Assembly: GCA_039818205.1 (NCBI GenBank)
Contig: JBCBUK010000006.1
Span: 64,001 to 128,000, forward strand
DNA length: 64,000 nt
Origin: Verrucomicrobiota bacterium
GTDB lineage: Bacteria > Verrucomicrobiota > Verrucomicrobiia > Opitutales > Cerasicoccaceae
Direction: 5' to 3'
Part shown: in pieces, positions 32,170-42,203 of the stretch
Position numbering within the stretch: position 1 is the stretch's first letter
Layout of the letters: every line of letters begins with the position of its first letter
Made by a program: the position numbers and the translations under genes
The notes under the pieces: model-generated
Told to the model about the DNA's origin: nothing
Database searches by the model: none
The model's input: the letters and a program-made list of their open reading frames with translations, nothing else

Positions 32170-32247
32170 CCAATGTGCCGTTGGATTCAGCTTGGCACTG
32201 ACACGGCTCGAACGCCGGAGTCTCATGTGCCAATGGCACATGATTGG
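32170..32247. repeat. Dispersed intergenic repeat, copy 2, with 9-bp hairpin TCATGTGCC-AAT-GGCACATGA
   Basis: 36/45 identity to 8337-8381. Confidence 0.65.
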
Positions 32248-32264
32248 GATCCGCCGAACGCTGC

Positions 32265-32630
32265 TTAGAGTTCGTTGTATTTTTCGGAGCGGCCGCGGGC
32301 CTTTTCCACCGGATATTTTTCGGCATTTTGGGCCATTTTGGCCTGGATGGCCGCGGCCAGGTCAATTCCAGTAACGTTGGCGAATTCCAGCGCATAGATC
32401 ACAATATCCGCCAGCTCATCTTGAATATCTGCGCGGCGCGTCTCTTCTTTGGCTCGTTGGTGCGATTCTTGAGAGTCAGTCCAAAGGAAGTGCTCCATGA
32501 GCTCGCCGGATTCGGCAGCCAGGGCCATGCTGACGTTCTTGGGCGAATGAAATTGGAGCCAGTCGCGCTCGATTGCGAACTCGTGAACGCGTTTTTTGAG
32601 TTCGGCGATGGTGGCCTTGTCATCTGTCAT
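32265..32630 (-). CDS. MazG-like nucleotide pyrophosphohydrolase (dCTPase-like)
   Basis: RDWLQFHSPKN, ESGELME, DELADI, N..KYP. Confidence 0.92.
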   Translation of the reverse strand: MTDDKATIAELKKRVHEFAIERDWLQFHSPKNVSMALAAESGELMEHFLWTDSQESHQRAKEETRRADIQDELADIVIYALEFANVTGIDLAAAIQAKMAQNAEKYPVEKARGRSEKYNEL

Positions 32631-32691
32631 GAATCATTGATTAATTGGCTCGACCGGAACTTGCAACGTTGGATCTTGTCGGCAATTCTCG

Positions 32692-33288
32692 ATGCCGATG
32701 AAACCCTTAGCCCTCTTTTTCTCGTTATTGATTGCGATTGCGCTCCCTAACCTGACGGCCGGTCAGGACCTGGCGGGAAATGCAGCGTTGGGCGAGGACC
32801 CGTTGCCCGGGAAATACACGGCCGAACAGGTAAATTCTTTCCTCGAGCAGTTTGTTGGAACTTGGGAGGGCAAGTACGCAATCGGTTCCCTTGATGGCGT
32901 GACCCTCATGGAGTTTGAGGCTCAAATGACCTATGAGTGGGATGTTGTCGGGGAGACGCAAGTCTTGCGTAACAGCGCCGTCTACTCCAACGGACAAACG
33001 ATGAACCATGCCACTGCATTAAGCTATTTCTGGCTCGGACGCATCGTTAGCGAGGTCGAAGAAAACGAGGTAAAGCGTGTCTATTTGGGCGATATTAGCG
33101 AAGATGAGAAAAGTGTGAATTGGCGCCCTGCCAACACAGAAACTCCCACTCGCACCTCTTTCCGAGAGACCTTTGTTCCAGCTGAAGGCGGTACTGAACT
33201 AAAAATTCAGGGCCATGAAGACTACCAAAAGGGTATGCGGCGGCGCTTATTGATACTCAGTGGATTGCTCAAGAAAGTTGACGAGTAA
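32692..33288 (+). CDS. Hypothetical secreted beta-barrel-like protein
   Basis: Signal peptide; FVGTWEG calycin-like motif. Confidence 0.6.
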   Translation: MPMKPLALFFSLLIAIALPNLTAGQDLAGNAALGEDPLPGKYTAEQVNSFLEQFVGTWEGKYAIGSLDGVTLMEFEAQMTYEWDVVGETQVLRNSAVYSNGQTMNHATALSYFWLGRIVSEVEENEVKRVYLGDISEDEKSVNWRPANTETPTRTSFRETFVPAEGGTELKIQGHEDYQKGMRRRLLILSGLLKKVDE

Positions 33289-33341
33289 GGGGTTGATTCC
33301 CGTCTGATTTTCCTCTGTCATGATTGTCAGGGATACTAATT

Positions 33342-33992
33342 ATGAAGGTATTTGTCGGCATTGCGCTAATCATTGGAGTCGTTTTTCTTTTCTTCCGCTT
33401 TGAGGAGCAGGTGGGAGATTGGATTTTTCAGGACATTGTCGACGATTCCTCCTCGGATCAGCAGGTTCCGATTAATCCCTCTAACCCGACCAGCGCGCCA
33501 GTATCTGCCCATACTGTGTTAACGGACGTCGATGGTCGTTCAATTACTTGTGAGGTTGTTGCGGTTAATGACGATACCGTGGTGATCATCCGCGATTCCG
33601 ATCAGCAGACTTTTGAGATCCCGTTCAACCGATTAGACGGGCCGAGCCAATCCCGTGTCCGGACTATTGAGAATTCGATTTCTGGCCGCGGTGCATTGCA
33701 AAACGCCCAATTACAATTTGACCGAGATCTGAAGAATGCGATCGAGAGTATGCAGATACAAGTCCTTTGTAGCTACCGGAACCCTGAGTGCGAGACCGTC
33801 GAGAACTACTTTCTGCAGAATGATTATAACTACATCTCCTACGATGTAGAAAAGAGTGGTGCCGGTCGTCGTTTACGAGAAGAGTGGTCCATTAGTTATC
33901 TTCCAGCAATTAAGGTCGGCGACCGCGTTCTCGAAGGCTTCAATAGGGAAATCTTCGAAGAAGCCTTGGTAAAAGAGTATCGAAAACAGTAA
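33342..33992 (+). CDS. Membrane-anchored SHD1-like + degenerate glutaredoxin-like domain protein
   Basis: LTDVDGRSI...IPFNRLD; RNPEC...YDVEK...LPAIKVGDRVLEGFN. Confidence 0.65.
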   Translation: MKVFVGIALIIGVVFLFFRFEEQVGDWIFQDIVDDSSSDQQVPINPSNPTSAPVSAHTVLTDVDGRSITCEVVAVNDDTVVIIRDSDQQTFEIPFNRLDGPSQSRVRTIENSISGRGALQNAQLQFDRDLKNAIESMQIQVLCSYRNPECETVENYFLQNDYNYISYDVEKSGAGRRLREEWSISYLPAIKVGDRVLEGFNREIFEEALVKEYRKQ

Positions 33993-34015
33993 GGCGAGCA
34001 GCCGAGGATTGGGGT

Positions 34016-34699
34016 ATGGGGAAAGTTATACAAAGAGTCATTTTCGTTTTGGTACTATTGTGTACTATCTCCAGCGACGCCCGGGTTTGGATGGACAAGC
34101 AGGGCCGGGAATTTGAAGGAGATTTGCTTCGGGTCGAGGGGCAGTTTGCGTACATTCAGCGGGACGCTGATCGACGAGTATTTCAGGTTGAGATTCAAAA
34201 CTTGTCGCTTCATGACCAAGTCTATTTGCGAGAATTAGCGTTCGAGGAACAGAAAGAATCCGAACAAGTTGACTGGGGGCCTTGGGCAATCAGATTCGCG
34301 CTCTTTGCGATAATTCTGTCTTTGCTGATCACAATGGTCGGCCGAGGGTTTGACCTCCATCCCTGGTCGTTTTGGCGCTCTGTCGTGTGGCAGATTCCCA
34401 ATTTTATATTGATTTTTGTGATGATATTCACGGCCGCCGAGGTCTATGGGCTCGTCCATGGAATTACCGGGTTTTATGATTTTGGGCCAATAATCACCGA
34501 TTTTTTTAGCCACCCACCAGCGTACTTGGTGGTCATTCCCGGCTTTTTTCTTCTGGTGATACCGAATTGCATGTTTCTGCGCATCAAATACTGGAAGTGC
34601 TTCGGGTTCCTGATTGTGTGGCTGCTGCTGATCAGCGCGACTCAGCTCATGGTCGAAGGCATCATTTGGGGCGGAAACTGGGTGATCGGCCAGTTTTGA
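34016..34699 (+). CDS. SHD1-like domain + multi-pass membrane protein
   Basis: RVWMDKQGREFEG...NLSLHDQVYL then about 4 TM helices. Confidence 0.65.
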   Translation: MGKVIQRVIFVLVLLCTISSDARVWMDKQGREFEGDLLRVEGQFAYIQRDADRRVFQVEIQNLSLHDQVYLRELAFEEQKESEQVDWGPWAIRFALFAIILSLLITMVGRGFDLHPWSFWRSVVWQIPNFILIFVMIFTAAEVYGLVHGITGFYDFGPIITDFFSHPPAYLVVIPGFFLLVIPNCMFLRIKYWKCFGFLIVWLLLISATQLMVEGIIWGGNWVIGQF

Positions 34700-34781
34700 G
34701 CGTTACAAGTGCGTAACTTAGGGCATTGCGATAAGTTTTGCTTCCCATTGGCTCAGAATCCGGTAAACCCCTTGAGTCACC

Positions 34782-36776
34782 ATGTCATTGAATACAGAAG
34801 CACTCACCCGCGCCTCAACGGAAGCGCGCGGACTCTCGATGGATGCTGTAGCTGCTGCTAAGTCCGGCCACCTAGGGCTGCCTCTCGGCGCTACTGAGCT
34901 GGGCGCCGTTCTTTACGGATACGCGCTACAAGTGAACCCGGCCGAGCCAAAGTGGATCAATCGCGACCGCTTTATCCTGTCCGCCGGCCATGGCTCCATG
35001 TTCCTCTACTCTTGGTTGCACCTCGCCGGCTACAACCTGCCACTCGAGCAGGTGAAGAATTTCCGCCAGTTGCACAGCACGACCCCGGGTCACCCTGAAT
35101 TCGGCGAAACCGAGGGTGTCGAATGCACCACTGGTCCGCTCGGCCAAGGTGTTGGCAATGCCGTTGGGTACGCAGTCTCCGGCAAGATGCTGGCGGCAAA
35201 CTTCAATGATGCCGAAAACCCAATTTTGGACTACCACGTAGTCTGCTTGGCCGGTGACGGCTGCCTCCAAGAAGGCGTTTCCTGCGAAGCAAGTGCTTAT
35301 GCGGGTCGCTTTGGTCTCGATAACCTGATCGTGTTCTATGATTCCAATGACGTCACGCTCGACGCCATGGCGGACAAGACTCAGAACGAAGACACTGCGA
35401 TGCGTTATGAGTCCTACGGTTGGGACGTGGTCACCCTTGCAGACGGCAACGACCTAGCCGCAATCAGTGCCGCCTACGAGCAGGCGAAAGCCAACGATAA
35501 CGGCAAGCCCAAGATGATCATCTTGAAGACCGAAATCGGTCGCGGCATTCCGGAAGTTGCTGGCACTCAGAAAGCGCACGGCGAAGCGGGCGTGAAGTTC
35601 ATCGAGGAAGCCCGGAAGAATCTCGGTCTGCCAGAAGAGACTTTCTTTGTTTCCGATGAAACGAAGGCTTATTTCGAAAGCCTCACCGCCGAGCGCACTG
35701 CCGTTTACACGGCTTGGGTTGAAAAGTTTGACGCCTGGAAGGCAGCGAACCCAGAAAAGGCTGCGCTCCTGGAGAAGGGTATCAGCCACGATCACTTGAG
35801 CGCAGCGGAAGTCTTGGAGAAGATTGCGCCGCTTAGCGACGAGAAGCCAGTGGCAACTCGCGGTTCTGGTGGTGCGATCCTCAACGAGATCGCCAAGCAC
35901 TCTCCACTCGTCATTTCGGGATCAGCCGACCTCCACGGTTCCACCAAGAACTATATTAAGGACGCGGGCGACTTTGATACGGACAACTTTGCGGGTCGCA
36001 ATTTCCACTTCGGTATTCGCGAGCATGGCATGGGTGCCATCATGAACGGTATCGCCTATGACGGGATCTTCAAGGTATCCGGTGCAACCTTCTTTACGTT
36101 CTCCGACTACATGCGCCCAAGCGTTCGTTTGGCGGCCTTGGCGAACCTCCCAGTCGTCTACATCTGGACGCACGATTCCGTGGGTGTCGGTGAAGATGGC
36201 CCAACCCACGAGCCGGTTGAAACCCTGACCGCTTGCCGTGCCATACCAAATCTGGATGTCTTGCGCCCAGCCGATGGCGAAGAAACCGCTGCATCTTGGG
36301 CCCACGCGATTGACCGTTCCAACGGCCCGGTTGCATTGATTCTCTCTCGCCAGAACCTGCCGTTCATGAGCGACCTATCCGTTGAGGAGCGTCGCGAGGG
36401 AACCCTTAAGGGTGCCTACATCGCCAAGAAGGAAACCGGTGCGCTCGACACCATCCTAATCGGCACCGGTAGTGAAGTTCAGCACTGTATCGAAGCCGCT
36501 AAGGAACTCGGTGACGGCGTTCGCGTCGTATCCATGCCAAGTATGGAACTCTTCGACGTCCAGTCCGATGAGTACAAGGAGTCGGTTCTTCCGGCAGCCT
36601 GCCAAAAGCGCGTATCCATTGAAGCCGGCGTCACCATGGCCTGGCACAAATACGTTGGACCGCAAGGTAAGATTCTCGGCATTGATCGCTTTGGTATCTC
36701 CGCACCAGGCGGCACCGTGATGGAGGAACTCGGCATGACCCCAGCTGATGTGGTCGCCGCGGCCAAGTCCCTCTAG
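34782..36776 (+). CDS. tkt: Transketolase
   Basis: [41 protein letters not shown]. Confidence 0.98.
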   Translation: MSLNTEALTRASTEARGLSMDAVAAAKSGHLGLPLGATELGAVLYGYALQVNPAEPKWINRDRFILSAGHGSMFLYSWLHLAGYNLPLEQVKNFRQLHSTTPGHPEFGETEGVECTTGPLGQGVGNAVGYAVSGKMLAANFNDAENPILDYHVVCLAGDGCLQEGVSCEASAYAGRFGLDNLIVFYDSNDVTLDAMADKTQNEDTAMRYESYGWDVVTLADGNDLAAISAAYEQAKANDNGKPKMIILKTEIGRGIPEVAGTQKAHGEAGVKFIEEARKNLGLPEETFFVSDETKAYFESLTAERTAVYTAWVEKFDAWKAANPEKAALLEKGISHDHLSAAEVLEKIAPLSDEKPVATRGSGGAILNEIAKHSPLVISGSADLHGSTKNYIKDAGDFDTDNFAGRNFHFGIREHGMGAIMNGIAYDGIFKVSGATFFTFSDYMRPSVRLAALANLPVVYIWTHDSVGVGEDGPTHEPVETLTACRAIPNLDVLRPADGEETAASWAHAIDRSNGPVALILSRQNLPFMSDLSVEERREGTLKGAYIAKKETGALDTILIGTGSEVQHCIEAAKELGDGVRVVSMPSMELFDVQSDEYKESVLPAACQKRVSIEAGVTMAWHKYVGPQGKILGIDRFGISAPGGTVMEELGMTPADVVAAAKSL

Positions 36777-36790
36777 TCATTGATTTTCCG

Positions 36791-36824
36791 AAAAAGCCTC
36801 GCTGGAAACGGCGGGGCTTTTTTT
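36791..36824. terminator. Bidirectional intrinsic terminator
   Basis: AAAAAGCCTCGCTG-GAAA-CGGCGGGGCTTTTTTT. Confidence 0.9.
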
Positions 36825-38739
36825 ATGCCTTTACGGAAGTCTGTGCGCTCATCCATGGTTTCAGAAGCGCCAACGAGACGACGAACAGTATTAGACCCAA
36901 GTAGGCGGGCAGGAGGTGAAATAGCGCGTTGTAGCCAACGATGTAGTGGATGGCGAGCGCACCGATGTAGGCGGGTAATCCGCTAAGAAGTAAGGTCCAC
37001 CACAGCCAGCGCTGTCCCCTGTTGATTCCCCAGAGACTGGTCAGTAGGTACGCAAGCCCAGCGGAAATGAGCATCCCGCCTAAGGTGGCTCGGTCGTGCG
37101 CAACGAGTGGGATAAGGTTTTTGTTGGCTGCTTGAATCTCATCGCGTGTTTGTCCGAGAAATTCGAGATCGGTCGACACGAATACGTCACCAATGCCAAC
37201 GATCGATATGATGATGCCCGCCAAGAGTAGGCCGACGCTGTGGACAACTTGCAGAAGCTGGCCCCACTGACCAAGTCGCCAGGGTCGGCTCTCCCGCCAA
37301 TCGGTATGCTGCGGATAACTGGATGCTGGCATCTGGGCGTAGAGTCCCAGCGCAAAAAGTTGGAAAAGGATTGCGGTGACGAATCCGTGGAACGGATCAA
37401 AGTAACCAAATCCTAAAAAGAGAAAGAAGCTGAGAAAGCCCACGCCGGCTGCAGTGAGTATTGCCGTTCGTGCCCAGCACGTGCCTCGTCGAGAGCCAAA
37501 CCAAGACAAGCCGCAGAAAAGCACTCCAATCGAAATCATCACCCCGGCCAGAGTTACCCGATCGTGCGACATGAACGGTAGAAGCTGAGGATTGAATGCG
37601 TTGAAGTCGCTCGGGTTCCATCCGCAGAATTCTAGATCGTAGGGGAGCACCACTGAGGTTGCTGCGAGCCACAGAGCGATGACACTGCCAAGGAGCATTG
37701 CAATGCCCAAGCAACCAGTCCAAAACCAGGAGTAGCGGGGAGCGCGATCTGCTTCTAAGGCAGGCTGATCGGCTTTATGGGTCGAAAAGATCGATTCGTT
37801 AATCCGTTTTGGCAGCCCTGGTCCGCTAAAGACGAGCCCTGAATCGACCATGACGAACTGTGCGCCAGCGTCGAGGCAGGAGCGCGCATCGGCAGGTTGG
37901 TGAATTCCGCCTGAGGCAATGATGCTGACCGATTCCCCAATCTCCAGGCGCAGCTTTCTGATCGTTGCAAGCGTTGCCGGCAAACATTCGGGACCTGCAA
38001 CACGGGTTCCGTTTAAAACGTGGGTGCCGTCCACCAATATACCAGCCCAGGGATTCAGCTTGTTGACTCGTTTCGATGCGATAGACGCAGCCTCGGCTTC
38101 ATTGCGAACAACGATGAGAAGCCGGTCGACGGTCGTGTCATCAATTATGTCATGAAAAATTTCCCAGGAATTGTTGTCCCAGTTGTCCCAGTTCGTGCAT
38201 TCGATCGCGATGAAATCGATGGAGTCGCTCATCTGCGATAGCAGCTCGATGAGATTCCGAGCGAGCGTCTCTGAATCGGATTCCACTTCATTCGGATGAT
38301 AGCGGGCAATGGTGGCCAATGAATCGTTGGGGCATCGTTTGACTCTCTTGATCAGTTGATCGATTGAGACTCTTGCCGAATCGGATAGACTGATGCTGTG
38401 CTTGTCTGGGTCGCGACCAATTCTTGGGGATGTATCGTTGGCCTGCCCCAGCGGACCGACTTCAATGAGCCCGAAGCCAAATTGAGTCCATGCCTGAAAT
38501 GCAGTGCCTTCGGGGTCCAATTGATAGCCAAGGCCCAGCGGGCTTTGGACTGATTTACCGCCCAGTTGTCGCTCGAGTGAGGCGTGTGGGTGCATGTGCC
38601 CCATCAGTTCGATCACTTGCGGTCCGAGGGGCAAGCGTGCGAGGCCGCCCATAAAGTTGAGTGCAAGGTCCCGTGCCGTTTTCGGTTCAAATTGAAAGAG
38701 AACGTCTCTGGATACAGTGCGATAAAACCAATCGGGCAT
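36823..38739 (-). CDS. Degenerate dihydroorotate dehydrogenase-like domain fused to a duplicated membrane domain
   Basis: FGFGLIEVG, SGGI...DAGA...SGLVFSGP; two HDRxTL-containing TM repeats. Confidence 0.75.
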   Translation of the reverse strand: MPDWFYRTVSRDVLFQFEPKTARDLALNFMGGLARLPLGPQVIELMGHMHPHASLERQLGGKSVQSPLGLGYQLDPEGTAFQAWTQFGFGLIEVGPLGQANDTSPRIGRDPDKHSISLSDSARVSIDQLIKRVKRCPNDSLATIARYHPNEVESDSETLARNLIELLSQMSDSIDFIAIECTNWDNWDNNSWEIFHDIIDDTTVDRLLIVVRNEAEAASIASKRVNKLNPWAGILVDGTHVLNGTRVAGPECLPATLATIRKLRLEIGESVSIIASGGIHQPADARSCLDAGAQFVMVDSGLVFSGPGLPKRINESIFSTHKADQPALEADRAPRYSWFWTGCLGIAMLLGSVIALWLAATSVVLPYDLEFCGWNPSDFNAFNPQLLPFMSHDRVTLAGVMISIGVLFCGLSWFGSRRGTCWARTAILTAAGVGFLSFFLFLGFGYFDPFHGFVTAILFQLFALGLYAQMPASSYPQHTDWRESRPWRLGQWGQLLQVVHSVGLLLAGIIISIVGIGDVFVSTDLEFLGQTRDEIQAANKNLIPLVAHDRATLGGMLISAGLAYLLTSLWGINRGQRWLWWTLLLSGLPAYIGALAIHYIVGYNALFHLLPAYLGLILFVVSLALLKPWMSAQTSVKA

Positions 38740-38791
38740 AAGATACTATGTCACAGTTTTATAGAATTGCGCGCGGCGGATCACAATGCAG

Positions 38792-38818
38792 AAAGCCTCG
38801 CCGTTTCCAGCGAGGCTT
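38792..38818 (-). terminator. Terminator-like hairpin after arsR-SRPBCC; inverted near-copy of the tkt terminator
   Basis: Minus strand GCCTCGCTG-GAAA-CGGCGAGGC-TTT. Confidence 0.7.
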
Positions 38819-38853
38819 CTTTCGTAATCGACTAGACGATGACTCGGGCTGAT

Positions 38854-39726
38854 TTAGTCCAAAATGTAAGTCGGCTTCTGGGCGACACAGTCGACCGGGT
38901 AGGAGATGTGCTCGTGGAATATCTTCCACTGGCCATCGATCTTTTGGAAGCAGGTGGTAAAGCGGATCCATGAATGAGCCGCGTCCCCGATGTCGATGGT
39001 CGACTTCATGCCTTGCATCCGAGAAAGGCCAGTTAGGACCATCATGGTGTCGTTGCCGGTGAGCTTGAGTTCCTTGCGCGCAAGGCGGATGTCTTCGCCG
39101 AAATATTCCCAGCAGGTATTCCAGATCTGGCGCACGACTTCGGACCCGATCGCTTGGCCGCCAATGTCGAAGTATACGAAGTCGTCAGTGTAGTCCTTCG
39201 TGAGCGCGTCGGTATCCTTGCGAGCCAGCGCAGCGTCCCATTCGGCAAGCTTGTCGTGAATCTCGGGCTTCGTGCTTTCGACCTGGGCGGAGATTTTCTC
39301 GAGGCTGGCATCCCAACCCATGTGGTGGTTGCCGCAGGTTTCGGCATTGGGGAAGCCGGTGTGGGTGAGGGTCATTTCCGTGCCTTGTGCGACGCCCTTC
39401 AGCTCGATTGTCACGTCGGTTGTTGGCAATTGGGCAAACTCATCGTCGCCCGCCCAAGCAAATTGATAGTTCAAGAAATGCGGTGCTCTGGCTTCGACGA
39501 CTTTGCCATCCATCGTGATCCGTCCGTCACTGGATTCGATGACAACTTGGAATTTTCCGCCGGGCTTTAAGTCGATATCAGCGGAGATGCCCCGCGATCG
39601 ATTACAGCCGAACCATTGAGGGACTTGATCGGGGTCGGTGATGGCGTCCCAGACGCGTTCGAGGGAGGCGGCAAAAATACGCTGCAAACGCAGGGTCGTG
39701 TCGGATGATTCGAGGACAGTAGTCAT
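38854..39726 (-). CDS. SRPBCC (AHSA1-like) + SnoaL-like two-domain protein
   Basis: RIFAASLERVWDAITDP..QW; GTEMTLTH..HHMGW; RFTTCFQKIDGQWKIFHEHIS. Confidence 0.85.
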   Translation of the reverse strand: MTTVLESSDTTLRLQRIFAASLERVWDAITDPDQVPQWFGCNRSRGISADIDLKPGGKFQVVIESSDGRITMDGKVVEARAPHFLNYQFAWAGDDEFAQLPTTDVTIELKGVAQGTEMTLTHTGFPNAETCGNHHMGWDASLEKISAQVESTKPEIHDKLAEWDAALARKDTDALTKDYTDDFVYFDIGGQAIGSEVVRQIWNTCWEYFGEDIRLARKELKLTGNDTMMVLTGLSRMQGMKSTIDIGDAAHSWIRFTTCFQKIDGQWKIFHEHISYPVDCVAQKPTYILD

Positions 39727-40094
39727 GGGTGGTGATTGGTTGCGGGTGATTTATCGGGAACAGTATCTTTGAGAAACTGATCCAGGGCGTCTAAATTGCT
39801 TTCCCAGAACTGCTGGTATTGCTGGATCCATTGGTTGGCCTCGGCGAGTGGCTCGGCCTCAAGGGAAATCCAGTGGACCCGTCCGCGTTTGTGGCGGCTT
39901 AATAGTCCAGCACGTTCCAACACGCGCAGGTGTTTGCTGATGGCGGGAGCAGAGATGGAAAACCGTGCCGCCAGGTCGGATACGGCTCGCTGGCCAGGCA
40001 TCAGGACGGACAATATCTCGCGACGTGTCGGATCGGAGAGCGCCGAGAAAACAGCGTTGAGCTCTGCTGTATCGTTAACCATGTGGTTAATCAT
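39723..40094 (-). CDS. ArsR/SmtB family transcriptional regulator
   Basis: FSALSDPTRREIL, AISKHLRVLERAGL; ATGA overlap with the SRPBCC gene. Confidence 0.93.
   Translation of the reverse strand: MINHMVNDTAELNAVFSALSDPTRREILSVLMPGQRAVSDLAARFSISAPAISKHLRVLERAGLLSRHKRGRVHWISLEAEPLAEANQWIQQYQQFWESNLDALDQFLKDTVPDKSPATNHHP
40075..40090. promoter_or_regulatory. Putative ArsR autoregulatory operator
   Basis: TTAACCA-TG-TGGTTAA overlapping the arsR start codons. Confidence 0.6.
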
Positions 40095-40229
40095 TCACCG
40101 TAGACAAAAATTTTCAAGCCAGATTTAACGAAAAAGGCTAAACGCTCCGGACAACAAGATATTGGTGCTTACTGGTGACTTTGCTCCGATTGAGCTTCCC
40201 CTTTGCGGGTTTTTGTTTTTCTTACGGTC

Positions 40230-40601
40230 ATGCTTCAGGTTTATTACATCTTGCACTTCGCGGGGGTTCTTCTCGTGTTCCTTGGATTCGGGAGTCTGAT
40301 CGCTCGCGCGGCTTTGCAGCCCGACAATGTGGCTTGGCGGAAGTTCGGGTCTATTGCCAGCGGCGTTGGGCTGTTCTTCATCTTGCTGGGCGGTTTTGGT
40401 ATATTAGGTCGACTGGGTTGGGGCTTCCCCGCATGGGCGATTATCAAGTTTGTGATCTGGCTCGCACTTGGGGCAATGACGGCGTTCATCAACAAGAAGC
40501 CTCAGGCGGCACTACCGCTCTGGTGGGTGACTTTTCTGCTCGGCCTGCTCGCGGTGATTACTTGCGTTTACAAGCCCTTCGCGGCCGTCAACGTGCACTA
40601 G
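40230..40601 (+). CDS. Small 4-TM membrane protein (SirB2-like)
   Basis: YYILHFAG...WAIIKFVIW...VYKPF. Confidence 0.7.
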   Translation: MLQVYYILHFAGVLLVFLGFGSLIARAALQPDNVAWRKFGSIASGVGLFFILLGGFGILGRLGWGFPAWAIIKFVIWLALGAMTAFINKKPQAALPLWWVTFLLGLLAVITCVYKPFAAVNVH

Positions 40602-42049
40602 TCTCCGCCGGATTCCGTCTGATCGGAATCCTGGATGTGCTTTCCTTTTTCGTAACGGCGAGTCTCGGTGAGCTCGCCGTTTTCATTGTAGATTTTAAAC
40701 GCTCCGTGGAGCACACCGTCCTCGTATTGGCCAATGCCTCGTGGTTGACCATTTTCGTAATACCAGGTCGCGTCGCCATTTCGTCGGTGATCGCGAAACG
40801 ATATGTCATGGGCAAGTTTATCACCACTGGTCTCGGAGGTTACCCGCCACTGGCCGTCCCCCAGGTACTCGAGAAAGTCTAATCCGAGTTGGTAGCGACC
40901 GACCGGTGGCTCCTGAATGATCATTGGCATTTTTGATCCTTCGTTGAAGTAGTAGATACGGCCGACCTCAGTCCCGTGATCGTAGAACGCCATCAGGTTT
41001 TGCATGCCGACGGCGCCGAAGCTTTTGCCTTCGGTTGATTGCCTGAGTTTGGCGTAGTTTGAGGCCTGGGCTCGGATGTCGATCAACGCGCCTTCGGGGT
41101 CATCGGCATCAACCACGAAACCAAAGTAATCGTAGAAATAGGTGATGGTGTGAGCATCGTCGACTTCGGGTTCCCGGGGATCCTCACGGTGCGGGTAGGG
41201 GTTGTGGTTGTGCTTCGCAACGCTCTCGGCTGAGCTCACGGTGAAATCGGGATCGCCATACTTGGCCCGGATTTCGGCAAAGTTCGGATGTGAGACCAGG
41301 CAAGAGGTCGATTCCACTGTGACGAAATAGCCACCGCGATACCGACTAGTCATTTCGATCGCAAAGAAGAGTTGGTCAATGATGCCTTCGGCTTCGCTGG
41401 GTTTGAAGAAGGTTTGGTCGAGGATGATCTCGCCGCCGCGCGAGCCGAGCTCCTCGACTTGTGCTGCAGCTGGCTGGGGTGTGAGAGCAAGTTGCTCCTC
41501 ATAATTGTCGAAATCCCAATTTTCGTCCTCGGGTAACTGGCCAAAGCCAATACGGCCCCGCAGGCTGTTGTCTTCTGCCTCTCCGCGTTGGCGAAACCAC
41601 ATCACGTATTCCTCGCCTGGAACAAAGTAGCCTTTCTCCAGGCTTTGCAGCGCTCGAACTCGGTCTGGCTCTTGGACCTGGTCGAACTTGTCGTAGAGGC
41701 GAATCACGTTGAGCCAGTTTTTGAAACTGTTCTTTGAGGTGTCCTCAACGGGAGTCAGATACCAATTGCTCCAATTCGTCGCGACGTTGAAATACCAGAT
41801 CAGGTCGAGCTGGTCCGATTCGGGTGGTGCGGTAAAGCGAAAGCCGTCGAACTGCTGGCCATCAACCGCCATAACCGTCTCTCCCAGTGTGATCTCAAAA
41901 TCGACAAGTTTAGACACTTCAACGATGTCGATTTCCTCGAATTTGTCGGTGTTTTCGGGGATCGCTTTCAGGTATGGCGGTATCTCTTCATCAGCCCAGC
42001 TAATGGAACTGAGCAAGAGTACCGAGGCGGTAATGAGTAGCCGGTTCAT
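40598..42049 (-). CDS. Secreted protein with C-terminal MORN-variant repeats
   Basis: Signal peptide; WYYENGQ...YEDGVLHG..KIYNENGEL. Confidence 0.7.
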   Translation of the reverse strand: MNRLLITASVLLLSSISWADEEIPPYLKAIPENTDKFEEIDIVEVSKLVDFEITLGETVMAVDGQQFDGFRFTAPPESDQLDLIWYFNVATNWSNWYLTPVEDTSKNSFKNWLNVIRLYDKFDQVQEPDRVRALQSLEKGYFVPGEEYVMWFRQRGEAEDNSLRGRIGFGQLPEDENWDFDNYEEQLALTPQPAAAQVEELGSRGGEIILDQTFFKPSEAEGIIDQLFFAIEMTSRYRGGYFVTVESTSCLVSHPNFAEIRAKYGDPDFTVSSAESVAKHNHNPYPHREDPREPEVDDAHTITYFYDYFGFVVDADDPEGALIDIRAQASNYAKLRQSTEGKSFGAVGMQNLMAFYDHGTEVGRIYYFNEGSKMPMIIQEPPVGRYQLGLDFLEYLGDGQWRVTSETSGDKLAHDISFRDHRRNGDATWYYENGQPRGIGQYEDGVLHGAFKIYNENGELTETRRYEKGKHIQDSDQTESGGD

Positions 42050-42203
42050 AAGGGTTGGTGCGGGATGGTTGCTCACTATTGACTCGGCCACAACCTCAAT
42101 TGTTCCCGTTCCTAACGAGACGCATCAATGTTAGCGATTCTGATGGATGTTGAAATTGACCTATGTCGTTTGACCCGGTCAAAAAATAGGGCATATTCTT
42201 CGT

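Noticed and set aside
40175..40882. 235-aa plus-strand ORF
   Set aside because: Overlaps two better-supported genes and has non-protein-like composition
40598..42049. YwqK-like antitoxin call for the MORN-variant protein
   Set aside because: Only about 2-3 C-terminal repeats on a secreted protein, with no adjacent toxin
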